Source: Gracilinanus agilis
Lineage: Eukaryota
NCBI RefSeq assembly: GCF_016433145.1
Contig: NC_058130.1
Span: 255,413,771-255,477,770 of the forward strand
DNA: 64,000 nucleotides
Direction of reading: 5' to 3'
Below are positions 13,596 through 32,700 of the stretch, piece by piece; the stretch's first letter is position 1, and each line of letters begins with the position of its first letter. Made by a program: the position numbers and the translations under genes. The notes below the pieces were generated by a model, which made no database searches, was not told where the DNA came from, and saw only the letters and a list, made by a program, of their open reading frames with translations.

Positions 13596-13791
13596 TTTTT
13601 TAAACCCTTACCTTCCATCTTGGAGTCAATACTGTGTATTGGCTCCAAGGCAGAAGAGTGGTAAAGGTAGGCAATGGGGGTCAAGTGACTTGCCCAGGGT
13701 CACACAGCTAGGAAGTGGCTGAGGCCAGATTTGAACCTAGGACCTCCTGTCTCTAGGCCTGACTCAATCCACTGAGCTTCCCAGCTGCCCC
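13596..13791 (-). mobile_element. SINE1_Mdo-related element
   Basis: Full head and tail on minus, flanked by atagcattttt direct repeats. Confidence 0.85.
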
Positions 13792-15445
13792 CTCGATAGC
13801 ATTTTTCATCACAAGTCTTTTGGAGTTGTCTAAACAATGACTTTTTTTATAAAAAAGAAAAAAACCAACTCAATAAAACTAAACATCAGACTGCATCTGA
13901 TAATATATACAATATTCCATAGGCATAGTCCCCCACCCCACCCCACTGCACCCCATTCCCATACCTGTCCTACAGTAAAGGGACAGAAGTGTGTTTTCTC
14001 CACTCTTTTCTGAAGTCAAGCTTGGATTACATAGTATGAGGGGTTTTGTTGTTATTCTTGAGGGAATACTCATTTGCTCAGCAAAATAGAAGGCAAGGTC
14101 ATGGCAAAGCCAGCATTTTAATTGTCTTCTGACTGAATTTATTGCTGCCTCTCTCAGCCAAGGGGGGGCAGGGTGCAAACCCAGGAACAAAGGCAGCCCA
14201 AACAAAGTTATGGCAACTTACTAGTGTAAGATGTATTTGGGGCACAGTAAGGGGAACAGTTTTTATGTGATGTGGGGTATTTGTAGGTGAGATATGTGGA
14301 AATATTAGTTAAAGGTCAAACTATGGAAGGCCTTGGAAGTTAACTTGATGCCACATCTTGTGGCACAGGTGCTATCTTTACCATTTCCATTTTACATAAG
14401 AGAAAACTAAGGATGTGAGAGGTTAAGTGATTTGCGTAGGGTTCACAAAATTAGTGTCTAGGAAGAATTTGAACCCAAATCTTCCTAATTCCAAGTCCAA
14501 TCCTCTGAGCATTATATTTTATCACTTAACTGCCCACTGAAGAGAAAGCCATTGACATTTCCTGAGCAACTGGGAAGACCTAATCAGAGATATGTGTTAG
14601 AAAGATTAATGTGGCAGTGGGTATAAGATTAAGGAAGAGACTGGAAGAAGGAAAATCAGGTAGGAAGCTATTTTTTGTTGTTGGTAAGTCAGGTCTAACT
14701 CTCCATGACCCCATTCTTATGGGGTTTTCTTGGTAAAGATATTAGAGTGGTTTGCCTTCTTCAGGGGCCCCATTCTACAGTTGAGGAAACTGAGACAAAC
14801 AGAGATGAAGTGACTTGTCTAGGGTTACATAGCTAGGAACTGTCTGAGGCTAGATTTAAACTCAGGTCCTCTTGTTTTCAGTCCCAATGCCCTATCCACT
14901 GAGCCACCTGGCTGCCCCTAGGAAACTGTTAGAATAGTTCAAGTAGTTATAATGAGAACTTGGATTAGGCTATTTTATACATGGGAATAGAAAGGAAGAG
15001 ACAATGCGAGAGATATCAGTGGTGTAAAATTAACAACATTGAGGGACTAAATGTATGTTGGATTGAGGAAGAGGAAAAATACAATGATAATCTGAGACTT
15101 CAAGACTTTGGTGTACCCAACAGGGATAAGGGAGTTGGGAGGTCTTTAACCACAAATTTGACACGTTTTGTTTTTATATCACATTCATTTCGAGAGAGTC
15201 TATCCCCTTTGCACTTTAGTGAAACTTCTCTTTTAACAAAAATTAATAAAGCAAAACCAGCTAATACATCAACTCATGAGAGTGTTTATAAGTGGCACAA
15301 ATAGGTCTTGGAATCGGGAGGGCCTAAGTTCAAATCTAACTTCAGACACTTCATAGTTGTTATATCCTGGGCAAGTCACTTAACCCCCGTTGCCTAGCCC
15401 TTACCCTTTTGTCTTAGAGTTGTTACTAAGATAAAAAGTAAGTGG

Positions 15446-15608
15446 GGGGGGGGGGCAGCTGGGTAGCTCAGTGGATTGAGAGCCAGGCCTAGAGACAGGA
15501 GGTCTTAGGTTCAAATCCGGCCTCAGACACTTCCCAGCTGTGTGGCCCTGGGCAGGTCACTTGACCCCCATTGCCTACCCTTACCAATCTTCCACCTATA
15601 AGTCAATA
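15446..15608 (+). mobile_element. SINE1_Mdo-like element running into an assembly gap
   Basis: Typical head and core. Sequence ends at the N run. Confidence 0.85.
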
Positions 15609-15741
15609 NNNNNNNNNNNNNNNNNNNNNNNNNNNNNNNNNNNNNNNNNNNNNNNNNNNNNNNNNNNNNNNNNNNNNNNNNNNNNNNNNNNNNNNNNNNN
15701 NNNNNNNNNNNNNNNNNNNNNNNNNNNNNNNNNNNNNNNNN
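15609..15741. other. Assembly gap
   Basis: N run. Confidence 1.
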
Positions 15742-16481
15742 CCATACTTGCTCTCAACCTCCCTAGTGAAAGGAGGGAGGTGCATTTCCTTTGGGATCAA
15801 TCATTTCATAACAGACTTGTTGGGAAGAACTGCACCTCTTAAGAAAGAACAAGGAACAGAAGCTTATCTGAGAAGCATATCCATACATTTGAATATTTAA
15901 TTGACTTTTCTATTTCAATATGGGTCTAATTTATTTATGGTTTTGTTGATTTTTTTCCTAAATAAATTTTCCCCTGCTGTGCATGGAAATAAAATTTCCA
16001 ATGTTAAAAAAAAAATCTCAGAGACTGAGATTAGTCATTATAATTATGTATTATTCTTTTCATCTATATCATATATAGATATGTATATATATTTTGTATA
16101 TCCTTTTCCTGGTTCTGCTTCCTTTACTCTGCAGCAATTTATATGTCTACCCATGTTTCTCTAAGTTCCTTATATTTGTTGCTTCTTAAGGTATATCAGA
16201 ATTCCGTTATACTTAAATACCACAATTTATTTAGCCATTCCCCAATCAATGGACACTCACTTATTTGTCAGCTTTTTTTATGACTCAATCTTCTTTGTGG
16301 AGCTGGTTTATACTTATCTGATTATCTCCTCTCCAGAATCAGTCATCAACATAAATCCCACCCCACAATATCTTCACCCTTGTTTACTACTGAGCATGAG
16401 GCTCTCTCGCCAAAGATGAGGGTAGGGGTACCAGATATCTGGGAATGCCAAATGGGGACTTCTCGGCTCAGTGCCCCCCAG

Positions 16482-16494
16482 GGTAACCATTAAA
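16482..16494 (+). promoter_or_regulatory. HNF1-type binding site in the SLC5A2 proximal promoter
   Basis: GGTAACCATTAAA resembles the HNF1 consensus GTTAATNATTAAC and lies about 85 nt upstream of the ATG. HNF1A is an established SGLT2 regulator. Confidence 0.7.
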
Positions 16495-16576
16495 CTTTTG
16501 GAGGTGGAGTCAATCCTTTCCTGCAGTTAGGGGGAGGCCAGTGCCCAGACAGGATTCGAGGCAGAGCTGAGGCATC

Positions 16577-23301
<6,725 letters not shown>

Positions 23302-23545
23302 CACTTTGGTAGCAGAGCATGGTTAGGGAACAGGGAAGTTGAGTGACTTCAACACTGACACTGCTAAACTCTAGGACTAACATTTTGGGAGGAAAAATGG
23401 ATCCCAACATGCAGACTCTGGCTCATTTCTATCTATGTCGGCTTCATCACTCGTCAACTATATACCATCATTATACTTAATGAATATATCCATCATTTAT
23501 ATTATTGTGTCAGCTTAAAATGTGGCTACTCTGGGGTTGACTAAA

Positions 23546-23551
23546 AATAAA
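23546..23551 (+). terminator. Probable SLC5A2 polyadenylation signal
   Basis: First AATAAA after the SLC5A2 stop codon, about 245 nt downstream. Confidence 0.65.
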
Positions 23552-23767
23552 ACTCATCACAGATCTGGAGAGTCCAATGTAATTTAAAAAATGGTAGCAC
23601 AGATAAAGTACTCCCGCCTAAAGAAAACAGAAAAGTTGATGACATGAGAGGTTCTTTTGTTGACAGTGGCTCAGTTTCTCTAGAAACCTCCTTATTCCCT
23701 TGATCCATCTCCAGAGCATTCCTGGTCCCCATCTGGCCTCATTTATATCCAGGTGACAGCAGGGCAT

Positions 23768-26700
23768 TCACAAAGTCTTCTTCTGCAAGGGCCACGTGGC
23801 TCGCCACTCATCCACCTCCAACAGATGACGCTCTGTCTCCCAGCCTACGGCCTGTAGATCTGGTGGGAAAAGGTTCCTCATAACCCACTGAAGGACTCTT
23901 AAATCTATTACCTAGGCTCTCAACCCCTCCCCACTTTAAAGCCAAGGAAGCAAGTTCAGAAAAAGGAAGTGATTTGCCAAGGTCATACAATGAGTAAGTG
24001 GAAGAGCCCAGATGATTAGAATCCAGCACCCTCAAATTTTCAGTTCAGGATAGAATGGTTAAAGGAAGGAGTGTGGATCATATTACCTTTCAAGAACTTG
24101 GGGTAGAGTCTATCAAGGATTTGGTAAGTTTCCTTGACAATGGTCCAACTGTCTCCTTTAGGGGCTATGGAGCAGAAACAATAACCAGGGTGAGCTCCTC
24201 CTCTGAACTAGCCCTTCTCTCTTCCTGCTATGCCCTATATAAAACCCTTAACTCTCACCTGCCCTGATTTGACCCCTCAGGGTTTCCAGCTCTTCCATAA
24301 GGGGCACATCCTCCAACAGAGTTGCCAGCAAAAGTCCATGTGTCGCTGCCCTCAGAATGACCCCAGCATTTACTTCCTGGCCCAAAGTCACCTGTATCTG
24401 ACCTGGAGAGATAGAGGTACAAGGTATGGTCTGGCACATTAGTCTCTAGGGCACACCTTAGGCATTCCTCTACGTCTTTGCTCCTAGAGTGCCTTCCCTT
24501 CTTCCCTGCTCATCCCTCAAGGCTTTACTCAAATGCTACCTCCACATGGAGCCTTCCCCAATGGCCTTAGTTCACACTCTATTCTTTCCTCTTTGAACTC
24601 CATTTATTGTCACATTTGACTATTCCACTAGTGGCCTTTAGCTTACATTTTTGGGTTCATTAGGTTTGTTTTTATGTGCACATATCTCCCCAAATTCATT
24701 TGTAAGATCCTTGAGGACAGGGATATGGTTTACACTTAATTGCTTTATACAAGTGCTTAATAAATTAACTGCCTGCCTGATAACCAGACTGGAAAATATC
24801 TTTGGAAGAACAATTACAAAGATCTTGTGGAGAAAGAAAGAGAAGTGAGTAGTGACTGCTATATGAGGGGAGATAGAACAATTGGGTTTCTTCTGATTGG
24901 AAAGATGAAGACTGAGACAGAGATATGATGAAAGCATATAAAGTCATATGGAAAAGGCAGATTTCTTTCCCAAATCTTTGATTATAACAGAGAAGAGTCC
25001 TACTGGGAGCTATGAAGTCTACTAAAAAGAAAACATATAATCATTTGGATGGGAGTAAATTCGCAGAATTTGAAACCCGAAAAAGTCATATAGCCAAGAA
25101 AAATGTGCATTTACACATACACACTTCTTTCTAAGCTGTAGCTTAGGAATTTACAGCTCCATACTCATAGCTGGAAAGGCCTTTAAAAGTCAATGAGTTC
25201 ATGATCCAGCCATTCTGGCTGGCAATTTGGAATCATGCTCAAAGGGCTATAAAAGAATGCCTTCCCTTTGATCCAGCCATACCATTGCTGGGTTTGTACC
25301 CCAAAGAGATCATAGATAAACAGACTTGTACGAAAATATTCATAGCTGCGCTTTTTGTGGTGGCAACAAATTGGAAAAGGAGGGNNNNNNNNNNNNNNNN
25401 NNNNNNNNNNNNNNNNNNNNNNNNNNNNNNNNNNNNNNNNNNNNNNNNNNNNNNNNNNNNNNNNNNNNNNNNNNNNNNNNNNNNNNNNNNNNNNNNNNNN
25501 NNNNNNNNNNNNNNNNNNNNNNNNNNNNNNNNNNNNNNNNNNNNNNNNNNNNNNNNNNNNNNNNNNNNNNNNNNNNNNNNNNNNNNNNNNNNNNNNNNNN
25601 NNNNNNNNNNNNNNNNNNNNNNNNNNNNNNNNNNNNNNNNNNNNNNNNGGGGAAAGGTGGAGCATGAATCATGTAACCATGTTAAAAACGAATATTAATA
25701 AATGTTAAAAAAAAAATTAAAAAAAAAAAGAAAAAAAAGTCAATGAGTTCATATATCATGAGCTCACAATGGCTGGCACATTCATTTCATACTTGTAGTC
25801 AACTAAAATCAAGTCTTTTTCACACAAACCACTGTCAAGTGAGGTCTCCCTAATCTTGTAATAATGCAATTTAGGCCTTTATATCTATTCTTGATCACTT
25901 TCTTCTGTTAGTTTTAGTCTGTCTTACGGCCCTGGGTTACAGAACACTAATGGTCTTTAAAATAATAAAATTTCATATTACTCAGAGAGCAAGAAACATA
26001 GAGGAGCAGGCTACATCTTCCAATCTTCCTGAAATCTATTCTACATACCTGATGGTTCAGACTCTACCTAAACACTAAAAACAGTGACAGGGAATTCAAT
26101 TACTCCTGAAGCAAATTGTTCCACTGCTGGACAGCTTCATACATTAGAAAATTCTTCCTCACTGATGAATGACCACAGACTGAAGCATTACTTTTTTTAC
26201 TTTATTATTCTTGGATTTTGTTTTGGGATTTTGTGTGTGTGTGTGTCTTTTTTTGCAACATGGCTAATATGGAAATGCTTTGCATGACTTCACATTTATA
26301 ATCGATATAATTTTGCTTGCCTTCTCAAAGGGTGAGGGAGAGAACTTGGAACTCAACATTTTTTACAAATTGTTAAAAAATTTCAAATTGTAATTGGGAA
26401 ATATTTAATGAAATAAAAATTTAAAAATATGTACACACACATATATATGAAAAATTCTTCTCTATGATAATTTGAAATCTGCCTTTTTGGAGCTTTTACT
26501 CTTAATAATCTTAGTAATGCCCATAGGAGCAACACAAAACAAGTCTCTCCCCTCCTCTTCCCCCCACCCATGAAAGTCCTTGAGATGCAAGGCACCCCAA
26601 AAGCCTTATTAAAACTTAAAACTATAACAAATGCTTTTGAGATACCCTAAACACCATTGTAGCCCTTTAGGTCTCTCTCTTCCAGGATAGTCTATTCTTA

Positions 26701-29700
26701 TATCCTTCAAATATTTTCCTGATGACATGATTTTTAGATCCTTACAATCTTGACTACATTCCTCTAGATCAGAGGTTCAAACTGATCCACCATTGACATA
26801 ATTTTCATGGGGACTGTAAGTTTGGATGGAGAAAGAATTATATCTTTTTTTTCACTAACCTCTATGTGGAATTTAGTATTTCCTTCAATTATTTAAAAAT
26901 GTCATTCTGAGAAGGGGTCCATAGGTTTCATTAGACAACCAAAGGGGATCATGGCCACCCCAAAATCAAGAACTCATTTTCTAAATAGACTTTTACAATG
27001 TTATGCTACTTTATTTTTTTAATTATAAATTGAAATTTAATTTAAAAAACTTGCTGACTAGCAAAGATTTCAGGAGGACTCATTGCCATAGCACTTATTC
27101 CTTAATTTAGTAGTTTTGTAGCTTTAAGTATATAATTAGTGCTCAATAGCCTTGTTAATTTAAGGAACCAATCTCGAATTCTTGATACTATAGACAGATA
27201 CAAAATAATATCCTCCCCCCTCCCCCCAAACTGGAAAGACTTGGAGTCCCACTTATCAATGGACTTTATAACTTTTAACCAAGGAGTAGCCTGCTAAATT
27301 TATTTTATTTTTTTTCTTTTGTTATGCTACTTTAAAACAAAATTTGAAAAACCAATGTGATGCTCAGAGCTGGGCATAATACTGCCAATTTGAGTCTGAT
27401 CAGGTCAGAGGACAGTGAAGTCATCATTCTCTTGTTGTGGACACTGTGCTTTTATTCATCTATCATGAGCTCACAATGGTTGACACACTCATGTTAAACT
27501 TGTGGTCAACTAAAACCTTCAGATCTTTTCCACACAAACTATTATCATGTAAGGTCTCCCTAATCTTATACACATGTAATTTAGGCCTTTACATAGAATT
27601 TTGATCATTTTCTTCTAATAGTTTGTTAATTCTATGGTTCAGAGTCCCAAAGTACTAAGTCTTTGAAATAATAAAATATGATATCACTTGGAGGGCATCA
27701 GAGACACAGTGAGAAAGAACAAACTCTAAAACACATAGAAAATTTAGAAACTCTGAAGAATTGGACAAAGCATGTCATCAGAAGAATGTGTGATTGAAAA
27801 AAGATGGGCTGATCTCCTGGGTGTTCTACCAGCATACTACTGAAATAGGGAGAAAGCATGGAAGGTCACTAGCACATTGGAGCTTCCTGTAACAATCTTA
27901 AAGAAGGACACAGCAAAGAGCAGCTCAGGATGGACAAGCAAAGAGACTGCTATCTACACTGTGGGAGGGAACATTTAAATTGATGTCACAAAGTCATTTG
28001 AGAATTATTGTTTCAGTCCCTTTTAAAATCACACAAAAATGGTCATCTTTTGAATTCTGTTTGTCATTCAAAAAAGCTATCTTTCTTAGCTTGACAACAT
28101 TGCCTGATGTGTGATATGCCCTGCTGTATACTTCTTCACCCAAGTTGAAGACAAAAATGTTGATTGATTAGAAAGTCCTAGGGCACTAGAGGCCTCCATA
28201 CAGGCTAACAGTGATCTTAATATTCTCTGAGGTCAGTTGTTGAACCAGACCTACCTAACTATATCATATAGTCAACATTCCTATTTTCTGACCAAGCTAT
28301 TATTAAGTGGAGTTAAAAGGGATTTTTATGTTCTTATATAAACTATCTAAAAGGAAAAGGGAATGAAATGAGTTATTCATAAATCATTCCATTACCTTTC
28401 CCCTTCTGCCCCTAGTCTATCTGGCTTTCTACTCCTCTCACCTCGGCATCGGTCCCAGCGTAGGAGATAGGGCTGTTGGTGTCCTTCACTCACCTGCTGT
28501 AGTTCAAAGGCGCTAGGGAAAGAAAGAAACACAATGTGCTGGTATATGGGAGAGGTGAAGGTGGCAATGGTAGGGTGTCTATGGGTGAGAGGGATATGGC
28601 TGGGCAGGAAGTCCAAAGGAAAAGGATTGGGGAAAGGGCCTTTTAGTGGTAAGAAAGTCCAATGTCTTCGTGTGGGGTAACAAATGCCCAGAGAATGCAT
28701 GAGGGAAAGAGGCACGAAGAGAGAAGGATATCACTCACCTTGAGACCAGGCTGTGCAGGGGAACACCCAGGGACAGGGACAGGGCAGGGCGGCAACCTGT
28801 GGGGAGCTGAAGTCAGGATGTTCTTTGGGGGCTGGATTAGGGTTTATGGGAGACTGAGGAGGGGCATTGTCACCTGTCCACAGTGGTTCCATATGATTGG
28901 CTGAGGGGGGTGTTAGGACCTTTCCCCATTGAACGAAGTGCTTTAGGACAAGGTAAAGTCGTGCTTCATTGAATGTTTCCATAATGACAGCCCGAACAGC
29001 TCGGAAGTTGGCATACAGATGAAGGATTGTAAAAAGGAAGAAGGCAGCAAGACTGAGACTAAGGAAAAGAGATTGAGATTAGAGGTCAAAGACAAAGTAG
29101 ACAAAGCCCTTCCTTCGTGACTTCCCCTAAAATCTCACCTTGGCCGATTAGAAACCAGAGGAAGAAGTAAAAGACTGACCAGCAATCCTGCCAAGTTCAC
29201 TAGAGTCTCCTAGATTGGGATAGAAGTTGGGGAAAAAGTCAGGCCAGTAGTTCTATCATGGTGCCAATGCCAGATTAATCTTTCTAAAGCAGAGCTTTCA
29301 CCATGTTATTCCCCAGTTTAAGAAGTTTCCAATGGTTCTCCATTTCCTACAGAATGTAGGCCAAATTTCTTAAACCTCAGTTCAAGGATCTTTAAAAATC
29401 TGGCCATAACTTGCCTTTCCAGATCTATCACCCATTTAAATATGCTTCTTGAAGATCCCTTCCAGATCTAAATTTATGAGAAAATGCTTCAATCAAACTG
29501 ATCAATTCCTTAGGATGTAGCTTTGAAGAGATGATAATCTAAGCAGGGAGATGATAAATTTTTCAAAAAATCATAAGATAACTCAAACAAAAAACAAAAA
29601 AAAAAAAAAAGGTTTATAGGAGTTTGTTTGGAGCCTAAAGTTCACTTGTCCTCAGGAACAAGACACTAAGAGTATTGTTTGGTGCAGCTTTGAACAAGGA

Positions 29701-32700
29701 TGGGTTCTCAATTTATCCCCAAACTCCATCAACACACTAACCCTCCACTACTACTGAAGAGAGGTTTAGTCCTGACATGTTCTATTTCTGTCCTCTACAG
29801 CTTTTCTCACACTGGAAAAACATTGGGAAGGACAAGCTATTTATCAGCTTGTGGTTCCTCTTGTTCAGAGAAAGAAACTATCACATTTGGCTATGTCTAG
29901 ATTAGCTTATCAGACCTACTCACAGACATTGTGGTATCTACTTAAATTCTGCTCCTCCTAAAAGAAGGGTTAGGGTTAGAATATCTTCCCACAGATCCCT
30001 AACTCAGTGCCTTTGCTGTTCTGGCTAAAATCCAGTCCTACCCTAAGCCCTGAGTCCACATCTCTTCTCAGGTCTCTCACCTGGCTCCCATCTTTGGCTG
30101 AAACATCAGCCATATTGTCTCTTCTGGCCTGGTGCATGGTAAGTGCTGCCCGTGTGGCTCCTCCTGCTACTCCCACAATGCACTAAAAGTGAAATATGAT
30201 AGGAAAGAAGCTCAGTGCCAATATAGCAACGTCATAGTCTTAGGACTAGTTCTTATACATTTAGATTATATAGCCCTTATTTTGAGGACAATGAAAAAAA
30301 TTTTCAATCCTTTCCTAAATTACTGAGAGAAAACAGGACTAAGACGCTGAAAGAACTCAGCATAGTACCAACAGTTTAGTACAAAAACCAAACCTATTGC
30401 TATGGTTCCAGATAGTAAAAGAATGTAAGTTCCTTGTGGGCACAGAATATTTTTGTATTTGTATCCCCAAAACTTAGCATAGTATTTTACAGGATTACAG
30501 CTTGAGAGATGAGACCTTAGAAATCATCAAGTCCTTCTCTTTTCATTTTATAGATGAAGAGATTGAAACTCAGAAGTGACTTATCCTGGGTCAAACACCT
30601 ATTTAAGTGGGGTAACTCACATTTTCCTGACTATAAGCCTAACCTTCACTACTATGCCAACAGTGCCCCTGTACTTAATAGATGACTGATAAATGTTTAT
30701 TAAAAATATACTGCCCCCACCAATCAGTGCCCTCCAAGTGTCTTTCAAGAGTACCAACTTCAGGAATCTGAGGCACTTTCTTTTCAAAACAAAGGAATGA
30801 AATAATCATTTCCCTCCTCTATCAGATACAGTGGGTCCTTTCTACTTCTGGATCTAGCACCTTTGGCCCTAATTCTCTCCCTTCCCAGAACCTCGAGGGT
30901 CTATGACTCTTTTCCCCAAAGCAGAAGCCCTAAGCATCATACTAATATTCTATATTCTTTCTATTTATCCCTCCTGAATCACCCTACCCACCTACCCAAA
31001 TTAGCACCAGTTAAAATTTCCTGACTACATCATGTGCTTTCTAGACTTCACAATCTCTAAGGAGCTCTTCTCTACCTAGCTAAACACCACCCCCTAGCCT
31101 TCAAAGCTAAAATCAAATTCTACGTCCTACATGAAGTCATCCCTGACCATTCTGGTCATGTTAGATCATTACGGAATACTAGAATTTTGGAGCTTAAGGA
31201 TCAGAGATTATCTAGTCCAATCCCTTCATTATATGGATAAAGCCCAAGTGCTATTATTGCCCAGTCATATAGCTAGTCAGTGGCAGGGTTTCCTGACTCC
31301 CAGTCCATGACAATTCAAATACACTGTGCTGTCTCAGTGCTGAATTCTGACAATTCTTATGAATCATATTTTTATACTTCAAGATTCAGTGGTATGGGCA
31401 TTACTTCCACCAAGGCAGACTGTATCTCCACCACATTTCAGTTTGTGGTTTCATAAACTAAGCCCCAAATCATTCTTTGTTCTCCAACCTCTTGCTGGTG
31501 AGCCTTTCTGTATATACTTAAACTAGTCCTTAGACAACTCCTAATCATCAAGCCTTTATTGAAGCCAATGTAGCAGAACCTGCCAAGAGTATCTCCTTGG
31601 AGCAATACCATGAAATTTACCATGGGAAAAATACCATGAAGAACAATATCATGGAAAATTCTGAGTCACCTTGACACCACAATGAGGCATCAGATTATAC
31701 TACTCATATTATCATACAATGTCATTGTTATTTAAACTTTCAAGTGCCTGTGTTTTATTGATCCTATTGGACTCCTCCAGGGAACATGTCTTATGCATCT
31801 CTTAATCTTCTAAGGAACACAGGACTGCCCACAATAAGTTATGAGCAAATGATTATTAACTGATTTGCACCCTCCTTCCCCAATCTTTTCAAGATGAGTA
31901 CCTTGGCTAAGCTGCTGACACAAACAATGAGGGTAAAGCAGGATGGGAATCCTGGGGCCACAATCTCTAGAAACATGGCTGCATCATTGAGAACATCAGC
32001 GAAGAGCCTGAGGTCAGAGGTTAGAGGTCAGGGGTCCTAAATTTCCATAACCAAAAACTTACTTTCTACTTTCCAACTTCAACCAACTCTGAAGCCTCCC
32101 CAATGCACGTTCATTACCTCCATTTCTTGGCCTCACAATCCAGTCTGCTCCTGTAGGGGAGAGATTACTTTGCATTGGAACCAAGAAAAAAGCATTGACT
32201 GTGTAGTCAACTTTACATAAAGGCAGAGTAAACAGTTACCTATGATATGAATTGGAAGGTCCTAGGAAAACCCTCCCTTCCCCAAAATATCTCTCATCTA
32301 ATCCATTACTGATCCCTAAAGCCAGATCGTTAGAGTCACTCCTGTTAAAAGCAATTTTTCTCTAGCCTCTTTCTTTTGAAAACCAAGCAGCACAAGGAAT
32401 ACATTTGGTCCCTAACAAATACATGTCCCTAACACCTCAATGTATTTGAAATTATCATATCTTTTCTTCCCTGACAAGAGAGATGGAACAACATAAGGCA
32501 ACATTGTATAGTGGAGAGTCATGGATGGAGTCTGTCATTAGCTATGACTTTTGGAAAGTCTGACCACAGTTTTTCTTCTGCTAAGGTTCTTCATCTCTAG
32601 ATTCTAATATTCTAAAAAACTGAGTAGCTTTAGAAAAGGGGGAAAGAAAAAAGGAAGTTGAAAAAGGGATAATGATATTGAAATAGATGTCAAAGAATGG

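Noticed and set aside
15540-15900. ORFs spanning N runs (also 25183-25708 and 57405-57877)
   Set aside because: They are artefacts of assembly gaps.
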